Shown one piece after another: positions 50,721 through 62,471 of a stretch of DNA of 64,000 nucleotides. Made by a program: the position numbers and the translations under genes. The stretch is from Octopus vulgaris (lineage: Eukaryota): NCBI GenBank assembly GCA_951406725.2, contig OX597818.1, positions 25,110,001 through 25,174,000 on the forward strand, in the 5' to 3' direction. How positions within the stretch are numbered: the stretch's first letter is position 1; each line of letters opens with the position of its first letter. The notes under the pieces were generated by a model. That model saw nothing but the letters and a program-made list of their open reading frames with translations. It made no database searches and was not told the origin of the DNA.

Positions 50721-51542
50721 TTTCGTCCTAAAAAACTTTGTATGGAGTGAATGGTTACCTCTATGGAAATATATACACACACATTATACATACATGTGTG
50801 TATAGATGAATATATAAATACATTTAAATATCTATATACACTTTTGGACGATCTTTCTGCTTCTTAGAGATAACTTTAGATGTTATTTTCGTCCTAAAAA
50901 ACTTTGTGCGGAGTGAATGGTTACCTCTATGGAAATATATACACACACATTATACATACATGTGTGCATAGATGAATATATAAATACATTTAAATATCTA
51001 TATACACTTTTGGGCGATCTTTCTGTTTCTTAGAGATAACTTTAGATCTTATATTCGTCCTAAATAACTTTGTATGGAGTGAATGGTTACATCTATGGAA
51101 ATATATACACACACATTATACATACATGTGTGTATAGATGAATATATAAATACATTTAAATATCTATATACACTTTTGGGCGATCTTTCTGTTTCTTAGA
51201 GATAACTTTAGATCTTATATTCGTCCTAAATAACTTTGTATGGAGTGAATGGTTACCTCTATGGAAATATATACACACATATTATACATACATGTGTGTG
51301 TCTATATACACTTTTGGGCGACTGCTACTTAGAGATAACTTTAGATGTTATTTTCGTCCTAAAAAACTTTGTGCGGAGTGAATGGTTACCTCTATGGAAA
51401 TATATACACACACGTTATACATACATGTGTGTATAGATGAATATATAAATACATTTAAATATCTATATACACTTTTGGGCGATCTTTCTGCTTCTTAGAG
51501 ATAACTTTATATGCTATATTCGTCCTAAATAACTTTGTATGA
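50721..51542. repeat. 166-bp tandem minisatellite (~5 copies, one 133-bp deleted unit) inside the Helitron
   Basis: cgtcctaaa at 50724, 50890, 51056, 51222, 51355 and 51521. Confidence 0.9.
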
Positions 51543-54465
51543 ATTGAAAAAGTAAATGAATTGAAATTCTAAAAGAAAGGAATTTGTTTACATACATGTG
51601 TAAAATGGCAAATGTTTGTGCAGTTGTCCGATGGAACTGATGTATTATAATGAATGGTCCTTCTTCTTGTGAATATTAATTTGATTAATATGAACTGAAA
51701 ACCAGTGGTGTAGCATAGGTAATCTTCTAGCAAAAAGGATGACCAGTCTGAATGGGTCGTCCCTGTCACGCACACACACACACGTTAGCTTACAATGTCT
51801 GTCAACAATTGACACTGTCGTATATATTAGCGTGTCTATGTGTCTAAAGAGGAAGTGGGAGTAATAGGCAGAGTAAAGGCTTCAAAGTGAAATGTTAAAA
51901 TATTGAGTTTTCTCGAATTTTGTCTTAATTGGGAGTGAAATTGAAAGAAATTTTGTATGGCATGAACCAATGGAAGTTCTTTGAAAAATCATAGGTAAAG
52001 TCTAATTGAAGAAATTGTGTGAGGAGTAAATCATTATGTATTTATTTGTTTCTGTTTGCTGCTTTCTTTTTAAATATTACATCTAGTTTCACTTTATTCG
52101 TTGCACACTGTGTGTGTGCGTTTGCGTGTGCTGTAAACCAGACTAAGAAAAGCATTTGACATACACACCAGAATGTGAGTTTTCTGTAAATTTTGCTTAA
52201 TTGGAGTTTAAATTTTAAAAACTGGACCTGGCATGACCCGATGCATTCTACTCTTAAAAATGCTAGGTAAATTGTAATTGAAGAAATCCTATATTATAGA
52301 TTTCTATAAGTTACAAATGGAGGCAGATAAAATCTGCCTTTTATAATAAGAGATAATAATAATAATAATGATTTTAACAATTATAATATAAAGGATTATA
52401 ATTTTAATGATTTTTATAATAATAAAATCAAAAATCATCATATTATTTATTTAGATAATTATGCTCTTAAAAATAGATATTACGATAATACAAATCATAC
52501 AAATAATAATAGAAGAAAAAACAAATATATCAATATGAATAAAAATGAAAATATAAATATAAATAAAAATACAAATAAAAATACAAATAAAACTAATTTT
52601 AATTTAATTCAATGAATGATAATAATAATTTTAATAATATTAAAAAGAAATATAATAGTAATAATAGTAAGAATAATAATATTATTATTATTATTAATAA
52701 TAGTGTTAATTATAATAATAATAATAAAAATATAAATAATAGGAATAAAATTTGGTTAATTGTTCCTTATGGGGCTGAATTTAAAACTAATATTATTAAA
52801 GACATTTTAAATATTAGTGAACAATTCATTTGTGATAATCGAAAATATAAAAAAATTTTCTCTAGTAATAATTTTGGAGTTGGTTATTCTACCACTAATA
52901 ATGTAGGTACCATTTCTTCTTTTAATAAATTTAAGTTGAATAATTTTTACAAAAAGAAATTTTATGATTCCAATGATAATAAAGATAACGTTCTCCTTGA
53001 TTGTACATGTAGGGATAAAAATAATTGAAAATTTAATAATAAATGTAATTTACATAAGGTTGTTTATAAATGTATCATTACTTCAATTGATGAGAATAAT
53101 AGGAATAATAATAACTTAAATGCAATCTATATAGGGTCTACTTCTAAAATTAAATTAAGAGTGGCTCAGCATATGCATTTCTTTAAGAATAGAAATCTAA
53201 TGAATTCTACTGGGCTTAGTAAATATGTATGGGAACTTAAATCTCAATGAATTAAGTATAATTTAAAGTGGGAGATAGTTTGTAAGGCGAAATCATATAG
53301 TATAGGTAGTAATTCCTGTTTATTTTGTTCTAGTGAATTTAAAGAAATAATATTTAATAATCATTGGATGAGCATAAAATTAAATGTAGACACAAATTAC
53401 TTTGCCTATATAATAAATTTTTAGATAAATAGTTTTTGTTACTAATTTGTAGTTATAATTTGTACTAGTATTAATTCTATAAATTAGCATGTGATTATAT
53501 ATTATATATTACATAATTAGATAAGTCTAAATTAAATATTTATTATTAAATGAATAAACAAATAAATAAATTAATTAATTAATTAAAGTAGTGTTGCAGT
53601 TGTAGTTTTGTAGGGTGTTTTGAATATAAGTCAAAAAGAGTTAGTAAAGGTTTTTTTTACATACTTAGAGTTAGATATTTTGATGTTTATTTAATTACTA
53701 AATATATAATTTATTTAATGAATATAGATTAAAAGATAGTAATTTCATTATTTTGTTGTTATTGTTGATATTGTTATTGTTATTATTATACTTATTATAT
53801 GTGTACTAAAATTAAAAGTATTAAGTATTATTTTTTTGATAAATAGTTTTAGTAATGTTAAATGATTTTGAATATGTAGCAAAAATTTTATTTTTATGTA
53901 CTATTTATAATAATAACACATGCTTTATTTATTCCCTTAATGAGTGAAGTATTTGATCTAAATATAAATTAATTTACTTAATTAATAAGTTTAATTTATT
54001 AGTTAGGATTTCTTTTGGATATTAATTTGATATATAATATATATTTATTATAAGTGACAGTGTAGTTTATAGTTTGTGATGTTTTATATATTAGTCAACA
54101 TGACTTTGTATTATATATTTCAAATTAGATTTATTTTAGATGTTTATTTAATTAATTAATATAATTTATTAATGAATATTAATTACATTATAGTTTTAGA
54201 TTAACTTAATTATATTAAATTATTGGTTATAAAATTGATACTGATTGAATTAGTACTGTTTGATATAGAATGGGTCTAAAAGTTGATTTTTTTGAATAAA
54301 GGTTGGGCTCCAACGTAACTATATTTATATGTATGAAACAAATAAATATGTATAAGAGTATTAGAAAATATACAGTAAATTGTAGTTATATAAATTAATT
54401 TAACTATATGGTGATTTGAGTATATTTATATTTTATCATAGTTAATTCTAAATTTTAGATTTCCA

Positions 54466-56005
54466 ATGAATGATATCCTACTGTTTTGCAAGCGAGCCCT
54501 TGCAAAACCACTACAGCTTCTTTTTCAGAGCTTTCTTGCAAGTGGTAAGCTCCCAGTCAAATTGAAAGAAGGGATAATATGCCCTATTCATAAGGAAGGA
54601 AGCAGAGCAGATGCTAAAAATTATAGGCCTATCACTCTGACCTCACATATTAGCAAAGTCATGGAACGAATAGTCCGCAAGAAACTAATCATGTTCCTTG
54701 AACAAAATGACTTGCTGACTGACACCCAGCATGAATTTCAACCAGGTAGAAGCTGTCTAACACAGCTCTTGCAACACTATGACTGGGTGTTAAAACAGCT
54801 ACTAAATGGCTCAAGTGTGGATGTGATATATCTCAACTTTGCAAAAGCCTTTGATAAAGTCGACCATGGTATGATCTGTCACAAAATGTGTGATCTCGGC
54901 ATAGGCAGAAAACTTGGAGAGTGGCTGCACAACTTCCTAAAAGATAAAAGGCAGGCAGTGATGGCCAATGGAGCCACCTCCAAGGAAACACAAATAACAA
55001 GTGGTGCCTCACAGGGCACTGTCTTGGAGCCACTGCGGTTCATAGTGGCCCTTTCAGACATGCCCTCAGTTGCGAAGATGGCCACCCTTGTTAGCTATGC
55101 AGATTACACAAAAGTCTCTCAGACAATACAAAACCCTGGAAATATTGCACATCTGCAACGGGAGTTGGATACAATATACAGGTGGGCTGAGGACAACAAC
55201 ATGCAGTTTAATGCAGGGAAGTTCCAAGCCCTGTGCTACCGGCACACACAGCTGAACAACATGCACACTGGATACACTGGCCAGGAAGAATTGCAATTCC
55301 TGAGTCAAAATCAGTGCGTGACCTGGGCAATGACATGAGCAATAATGCATCTTTCCAAGTGCATATTGCCAATTTGGTAATAAAATGCAGACGGCTAGCT
55401 GAATGGATCCTCCGAACTTTCAGAACAAGAGAGAAGGAGACACTACTGGTCCTTTGGAAGACATTCATCCTCAGCCACTTGGACTACTGCTCCCAACTAT
55501 GGTCACTACACAGTATAAAGTTAACAACAGAACACAAACCAATCCAACAAAGCTACGCTGAGATCATCTCAATGCAACATATCAGCTACTGGCAAAGACT
55601 GATAGTATTAAAACTCTTCTCCCTGGAGCGAAGGTGGGAGAGATATGCAGTGATATACATCTGGAAAATCCTGGAGGGTCTTGTCCCGAATTTTTGCATT
55701 GAAAGTTACACCAACAGCAGAATGGGGTGCCACTGCATGGTGTCACACATCCCAACATCACCATCAAAATACAGGACCAGATACTGCAACATCATGGGTT
55801 TCAGGGGAACACAGCTTTTCAATATCGTTCCTAAATGCCTGAGGGACCTACATTGTGTGGATGTGGGTTTCTTTAAAAATAAACTGGATCTCTTCTTGTC
55901 AGAAGTTCCAGATGACCCTACCTCTCGGCAGGAAACACAGATGCGGGCAGCGGCATCGAACTCCCTTGTTGAGCAAGTGCCACGTATCAGAGGTAGTTTC
56001 ACATA
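54466..56005 (+). mobile_element. CR1-group LINE, RT region (frameshifted)
   Basis: NYRPITLTSHISKVMERIV, DVIYLNFAKAFDKVDH, SGASQGTVLEP, SYADYTK, HLDYCSQLWS, SLERRWERY. Confidence 0.9.
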
Positions 56006-56055
56006 CCTGCTGCTTGCCCTTTTTGTTTATAATATATATATATATATATATATAA

Positions 56056-58035
56056 CTTAGAAAGGTTTTGGCCAGTATTGGCCCAGGCCATGTCTAACTT
56101 AATAGCACCACCTGGCGAAGTCTTTCAATTCAGGATTTGGGCACCAAGGCCCATTCGAGCAGAGAGTTATTGTTTGTGGAGACATATCCGGGTGTGGGTG
56201 GTTTGTCCGGGACTGTTTGAAGGAATTTGTCCAAAGACTTCTTGAATTTTGTGTGGTCAGATTCTGTTTTGATGTGTCCTGGTGTAATGTTGAAGAGAGC
56301 AGGTGAAATAATTGTGCCGTATTGTTGTTATGAGATGCGATTTAGATTTTTGTTGTGGACGGATGGCACGGGGTCCAAGTCTTGGATGTATTTTGAAGGT
56401 GATACCAACATCATTTGGACAGTGCTGATGGAATATTTTCCACATCATACAGATAATGTAGCGTTCACAGCGTCGTTGGAGTGAATACAGTTTCAGTTTT
56501 TCCAGTCGACCCCAGTAGTCGAGGTCTGACATGCCATCTATCTTTTTCATGATTGACCTTTGGGGAGCTTCAACTTTCATAATATTCCGTTTCGTGTAGG
56601 GAGACCACAGTGGACAGCAGTATTCAAGGTGAGGTCGGGCAAAAGTGGAGAAGAGAAGGATAATGGTGTGGGAATCTTTCGACTGGAAGGTTCTGAGAGT
56701 CCAGGAACACATTCTGTGGGCCATGTCAACTTTGCTGCTTATATGTGTAGCCCAGCTTATGTTGTTGTCCACAGTTACTCTCAAGTCTCTGATGTTGTTA
56801 GATGCCATGAGAGTTTCACCAGAAGGAAGGGAGTATGGGAGTTTCAGAGCGTCCTCCCTTCCAAAGTGGATTAATTCAAATTTGTCTTCGTTTAGCAACA
56901 TGTTGTTCTTTTCCGCCCATTGGACAACAGCCAGTAGGTCTGACTGAAGGTTTAACCGGTCATCCATGCCATTGATGACCTTCTGGAGCTTGGAATCATC
57001 AGCGAAGATTCTGATGTTACTGTGTTTGATGATGTCAGTGATGTTATTAATGTAGATGATGAAGAGAAGTGGGCCCAACACAGTGCCTTGTGGGACACCA
57101 CTACTGACTTTGGCTGGGCTGGATTTGACTCCTTCGACTACAACATGTTGGGTTCTGTTAGACAGGAAGCACTTGATCCACTGCATCAACTTTCCAGTGA
57201 CACCAATATTGGACAGCTTTCTCAAAAGGATCTTATGATCAACCCTGTCAAAGGCCTTGCTGAAATCAAGGTAGATAACATCAGTGTTGGAACCCTCTCC
57301 CAAGACTCTCAAAATGTCATCGAAGTGATGCAGTAGCTGCATCAGGCAATCCCTTCCATTACAGAATCCATGCTGGTTGGAGTTCAGCATATTATGACTC
57401 TCAAGGAAGTGAGTCATACGCGATCTCACCACTCTCTCAAATACCTTAATGATATGAGAGGTGAGTAAGATTGGACGGTAATTCACGGCAAGGGATTTGT
57501 TTCCTTTTTTGAAAACTGGGATAGCATCCAGTGAGTTCCGCCACAGATTGGCTAGAGGGGGTGCAAGTTGGTGTTAACACATCTTCAAGACACAAGCAGG
57601 GAACCTATTGGGACCTACTGCTGAATTATGCTTCAGTTCCTTTATTGCTGCTAAGACATCAGGAGCGCCAAAGGTTATGTCCGATAAAGTGTATTGGGGA
57701 GTAACATCAGTGATACAGCCCAGATCAGCCATATCAGGATTGCTGAAAACAAAGCAGTATTGTTTCTGCAACATCTCTCCCATGGTTTTGGCATTGTCTT
57801 GAAGAGTACCATTTTCATCAATCAGAGGGCTAACAGTAGAGCCAGTAACTTTGTGTTTTTTTGCAAATGAAAAGAACACTTTGGGATTAGGTTTGATCTT
57901 CTCAATAGCCCAGGCCCCTTCAGCTCTTCTCGGACTATTGATGATAAACATCATGTTGTTTTGGAGGTTATGTTTTTTAATCTCTAGTGATGTGATGGCA
58001 GTCAGGTTGGTGTGTTGCTGTTGACAGTATTTCAG
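56056..58035 (-). mobile_element. CR1-group LINE (different subfamily), RT and 3' end
   Basis: NYRPILLTSHIIKVFER, YLDFSKAFDRVDH, SGVPQGTVLGPLLFIIYIN, IFADDSK, RPHLEYCCPLWSP. Confidence 0.9.
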
Positions 58036-58036
58036 C

Positions 58037-58741
58037 TTTTTTTTTTTTTTTATTTATTATTTTTTTTTTATTTATCTAGTTTCAGCTCACAAGCTGTGGC
58101 CATGATGGGGCACCGCCATTTGGTGTTGCTACGTGATTTTACTTCACGAATGCTTTTTAGCAATTGCCATTTGGTGCATGAGAGAGTTCATTGCAGCTGC
58201 CCTCATCTGCACCTCCTGCCGTGAAGTTGGTTCATCTGGGATACCCGACAAGAGATCCAGTTTCATTTTAAAGACATCCGCATCCACCCCATGCAGGTCT
58301 CTTAGGTTCTTCGGGAGGATATTGAAGAGCTGTGGGCCTCGGAAGCCCAGGCTATCACAGTATCTTGTCTTACATCTTGATGGCAAATTTGGAATCCTTG
58401 GCACTATGCAGTGGCGCCCAGTTCTGGCATTTGTGTAACTCTCGATGCCAAAGTTTGGGACAAGTCCTTCCAGGATCTTCCAGATGTATATTATAGCATA
58501 TCATTCTCGCCTACGCTATAAGGAATAGAGTCTCAATGTCTTGAGTCTTTCCCAATAGCTTATATGCTGCACAGAGGCTATCTTCTTCGTGTAGCTTCAT
58601 TGGATCGCCTCAAGTTCTGTGATTAACTTGACACTGGATGGTGACCATAGCTGTGAGCAATAGTCAAAGTGGCTTAGGACAAGTGTCCTCCAGAGGACCG
58701 TCATGGTTTCCTGGTCTCTTGTTCTGAAGGTTCTAAGAATC
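58037..58741 (-). mobile_element. 5'-truncated CR1-group LINE with A-rich tail
   Basis: Closely similar to 62500-63160; 3' end ggcggtgccccatcatggccacagcttgtgagctgaaact. Confidence 0.85.
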
Positions 58742-58892
58742 TAAGCTTGTTGATTTAAAAAAAAATTTTTTTAATTTTCCTCATCAGATATTTTCTATTT
58801 CTGGGGATTCTGCACTTCGATTTGTTTGCAGATCTTAAGGGGTGTGTTTTGCACATATGTTTGTAATAGTATCTAAAAATGACTGCCAGGAC

Positions 58893-58951
<59 letters not shown>

Positions 58952-59054
58952 CTTTTTGAAAAGGTTCCTATCAATAATGGTTATATTTCCATACCGAAAT
59001 CTACCTGGAGATAATTGTTGATTTTCAAATTAATAATTATTTACCCTTATATTA

Positions 59055-59460
59055 TTATACATATATACATAGATACATAATATATATACATACATACATC
59101 ATATATATACATACATAATATATACATACATAATATATATACATACGTACATATATATATGCATACATAATATATATACATACGTACATATATATATACA
59201 TACATATATATATACATACGTACATATATATATACATACATATATATATACATACATATATATATACATACATACATATATACATACATACATATATACA
59301 TACATACATATATACATACATACATATATACATACATACATATATACATACATATATATATATATATATATACATATATACATACATATATATATATATA
59401 TATACATATATATACATACATATATACATACATACATATATACATACATATATATATATA

Positions 59461-59524
<64 letters not shown>

Positions 59525-59727
59525 CATACATATATATATACATACATATATATATACATACATACATATATACATACATACATATATATATACATACATA
59601 TATATATACATACATATATATATACATACATATATATATACATATATATATACATATATATATATATATACATATATATATACATACATATATATATACA
59701 TATATATATATACATATATATATATAC

Positions 59728-59772
<45 letters not shown>

Positions 59773-60346
59773 TATATACATACATATATATACATATATA
59801 TATACATATATATATACATATATATATACATATATATATACATACATATATATACATATATATATACATACATATATATACATATATATATACATACATA
59901 TATATACATATATATATACATACATATATATATACATACATATATATACATATATATATACATACATATATATACATATATATATACATACATATATATA
60001 CATATATATATACATACATATATATACATATATATATACATATATATATACATACATATATATACATATATATATACATATATATATACATACATATATA
60101 TACATATATATATACATACATATATATACATATATATATACATATATATATATATACATATATATACATATATATATACATACATATATATACATATATA
60201 TATACATATATATATACATATATATATATACATACATATATATACATATATATATACATACATATACATATATATATACATACATATATATACATATATA
60301 TATACATACATATATATACATATATATATACATACATATATATACA

Positions 60347-60378
<32 letters not shown>

Positions 60379-60423
60379 CATATATACACATATATATATA
60401 CATACATATATATACATATATAT

Positions 60424-60454
<31 letters not shown>

Positions 60455-60515
60455 CATACATACAAATATACATATATATACATATATATATACATACATA
60501 TATATATATATATAT
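59055..60515. repeat. ~1.46-kb compound (TA)n/(TACA)n microsatellite
   Basis: Almost entirely tata/taca units. Confidence 0.95.
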
Positions 60516-60708
60516 CGCCTCGTTTTTGCATATTCTGTATAATTCACTAGTTATCGTTATAGATATTTAAGATCTATCTCCTTTATAGAAATTGGCTGCC
60601 GATTCTTCGCGGCGCGCCCGCCCTACCCACCCCCACCACCAATACCCACCCCCACCACCAATACCGGATATCTCTATTTTGCTCCAACTATACCGGATGT
60701 CGTTTTCT

Positions 60709-61354
60709 CCCACCACCATTATAGGTGTCTACTCTTTGAACCCCCTCTTCAATACGCTATTTCACCATGCATTACCCCTCTCTCGATATCCTACGTTCTA
60801 CTTGCCTAGAACCTGTCCTCTGGACCACCCCTCCCACTGGTGCTCCCCTATATTTCTGCATCCCCCCACCACCATTATAGGTGTCTACTCTTTGAACCCC
60901 CCTCTTCAATACGCTATTTCACCATGCATTACCCCTCTCTCGATATCCTACGTTCTACTTGCCTAGAACCTGTCCTCTGAACCACCCCTCCCACTGGTGC
61001 TCCCCTATATTTCTGCACCCCCCACCACCATTATAGGTGTCTACTCTTTGAACCCCCTCTTCAATACGCTATTCACCATGCATTACCCCTCTCTCGATAT
61101 CCTACGTTCTACTTGCCTAGAACCTGTCCTCTGAACCACCCCTCCCACTGGTGCCCACCCCTCCCACTGGTGCTCCCCTATATTTCTACACCCCCCACCA
61201 CCATTATAGGTGTCTACTCTTTGAACCCCCTCTTCAATACGCTATTTCACCATGCATTACCCCTCTCTCGATATCCTACGTTCTACTTGCCTAGAACCTG
61301 TCCTCTGAACCACCCCTCCCACTGGTGCTCCCCTATATTTCTGCACCCCCCCCC
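60709..61354. repeat. 156-bp C-rich tandem minisatellite (~4 copies)
   Basis: ataggtgtctactctttgaacccc at 60721, 60877, 61033 and 61206. The third unit carries an internal cacccctcccactggtgc duplication. Confidence 0.9.
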
Positions 61355-61590
61355 ATAAAAAGCACCATCCGAACGTGGCCGATGCCAGACCCCTCTGGCA
61401 CCTGTGCAGGTGGCACATAAAAAACACCCACTACACTCGCGGAGTGGTTGGCGTTAGGAAGGGCATCCAGCTGTAGAAACACTGCCAGACTAGACTGGAG
61501 CCTGGGGCAGTCCCGAGCTCCCCAGACCCCGGTCGAAACCGTCCAACCCGTGCTAGCGCGGAAAACGGACGTTAAACGATGATGATGATA
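61355..61590 (+). mobile_element. RTE 3'-UTR-derived element
   Basis: aaaagcaccatccg...ggagtggttggcgttaggaagggcatccagctgtag...ggaaaacggacgttaaacgatgatgatg. Confidence 0.8.
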
Positions 61591-61816
61591 TACATACAAA
61601 TATACATATATATATATATATATATACATAAATATATATACATACATACACATATATATATATATACATACACATATATATATATATACATACACATATA
61701 TATATATATACATACACATATATATATATATATACATACACATATATATACATACACACACATATATATATATACATACACACACATATATATATATACA
61801 TACACACACATATATA

Positions 61817-61870
<54 letters not shown>

Positions 61871-62149
61871 CATACATGTATATATATACATACATGTATA
61901 TATATATACATACATACATACATATACATGCATACATACATATACATGCATACATATACATACATACATACGTACATATACATACATACATATATATACA
62001 TACATACATATATATACATACATACATATATATATACATACATACATATACATACATATAAACATATACATACATATAAACATATACATACATACATACA
62101 TATATATACATACATACATATATATACATACATACATACATATATATAC

Positions 62150-62183
<34 letters not shown>

Positions 62184-62185
62184 AC

Positions 62186-62258
<73 letters not shown>

Positions 62259-62259
62259 C

Positions 62260-62338
<79 letters not shown>

Positions 62339-62349
62339 CATATATATAC

Positions 62350-62382
<33 letters not shown>

Positions 62383-62387
62383 CATAC

Positions 62388-62462
<75 letters not shown>

Positions 62463-62471
62463 CATACATAT
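61591..62471. repeat. ~0.9-kb compound (TA)n/(TACA)n microsatellite
   Basis: Pure low-complexity tata/taca/caca units. Confidence 0.95.

Larger units (their letters stand above)
49882..52353 (-). mobile_element. Composite Helitron (2472 bp) inserted at an A|T site without TSD
   Basis: 3' end cccgagcaacgccggg hairpin + caattctgCTAG|T (49882). Outer 5' end A|TCTCTTATTATAAAA (52353); inner 5' end TCTCTTTATATATAAAA (50719). Penelope sequence is continuous across the insertion. Confidence 0.88.
49059..54460 (+). mobile_element. Penelope-like retroelement (RT + GIY-YIG), pseudogenised and split by a Helitron at 49882-52353
   Basis: FIQIDIDNYYSSI, FDIPMGALDSAQATDLVGIYLL, GGLYMDDLL, YINANSNHPPSI. 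After the Helitron: Asn-rich linker, CTCRDK, VVYKC...IYIGST, LSKYVWELKS, CLFCSSE. AT-rich 3' region with approximate end. Confidence 0.9.

Noticed and set aside
50721-51542. Regular repeats resembling a CRISPR array (also 60709-61354)
   Set aside because: Units repeat in full with no unique spacers, the context is eukaryotic, and there are no cas genes; these are minisatellites.
56560-57336. Plus-strand ORFs of ~100 aa
   Set aside because: Antisense shadows of the minus-strand LINE RT.
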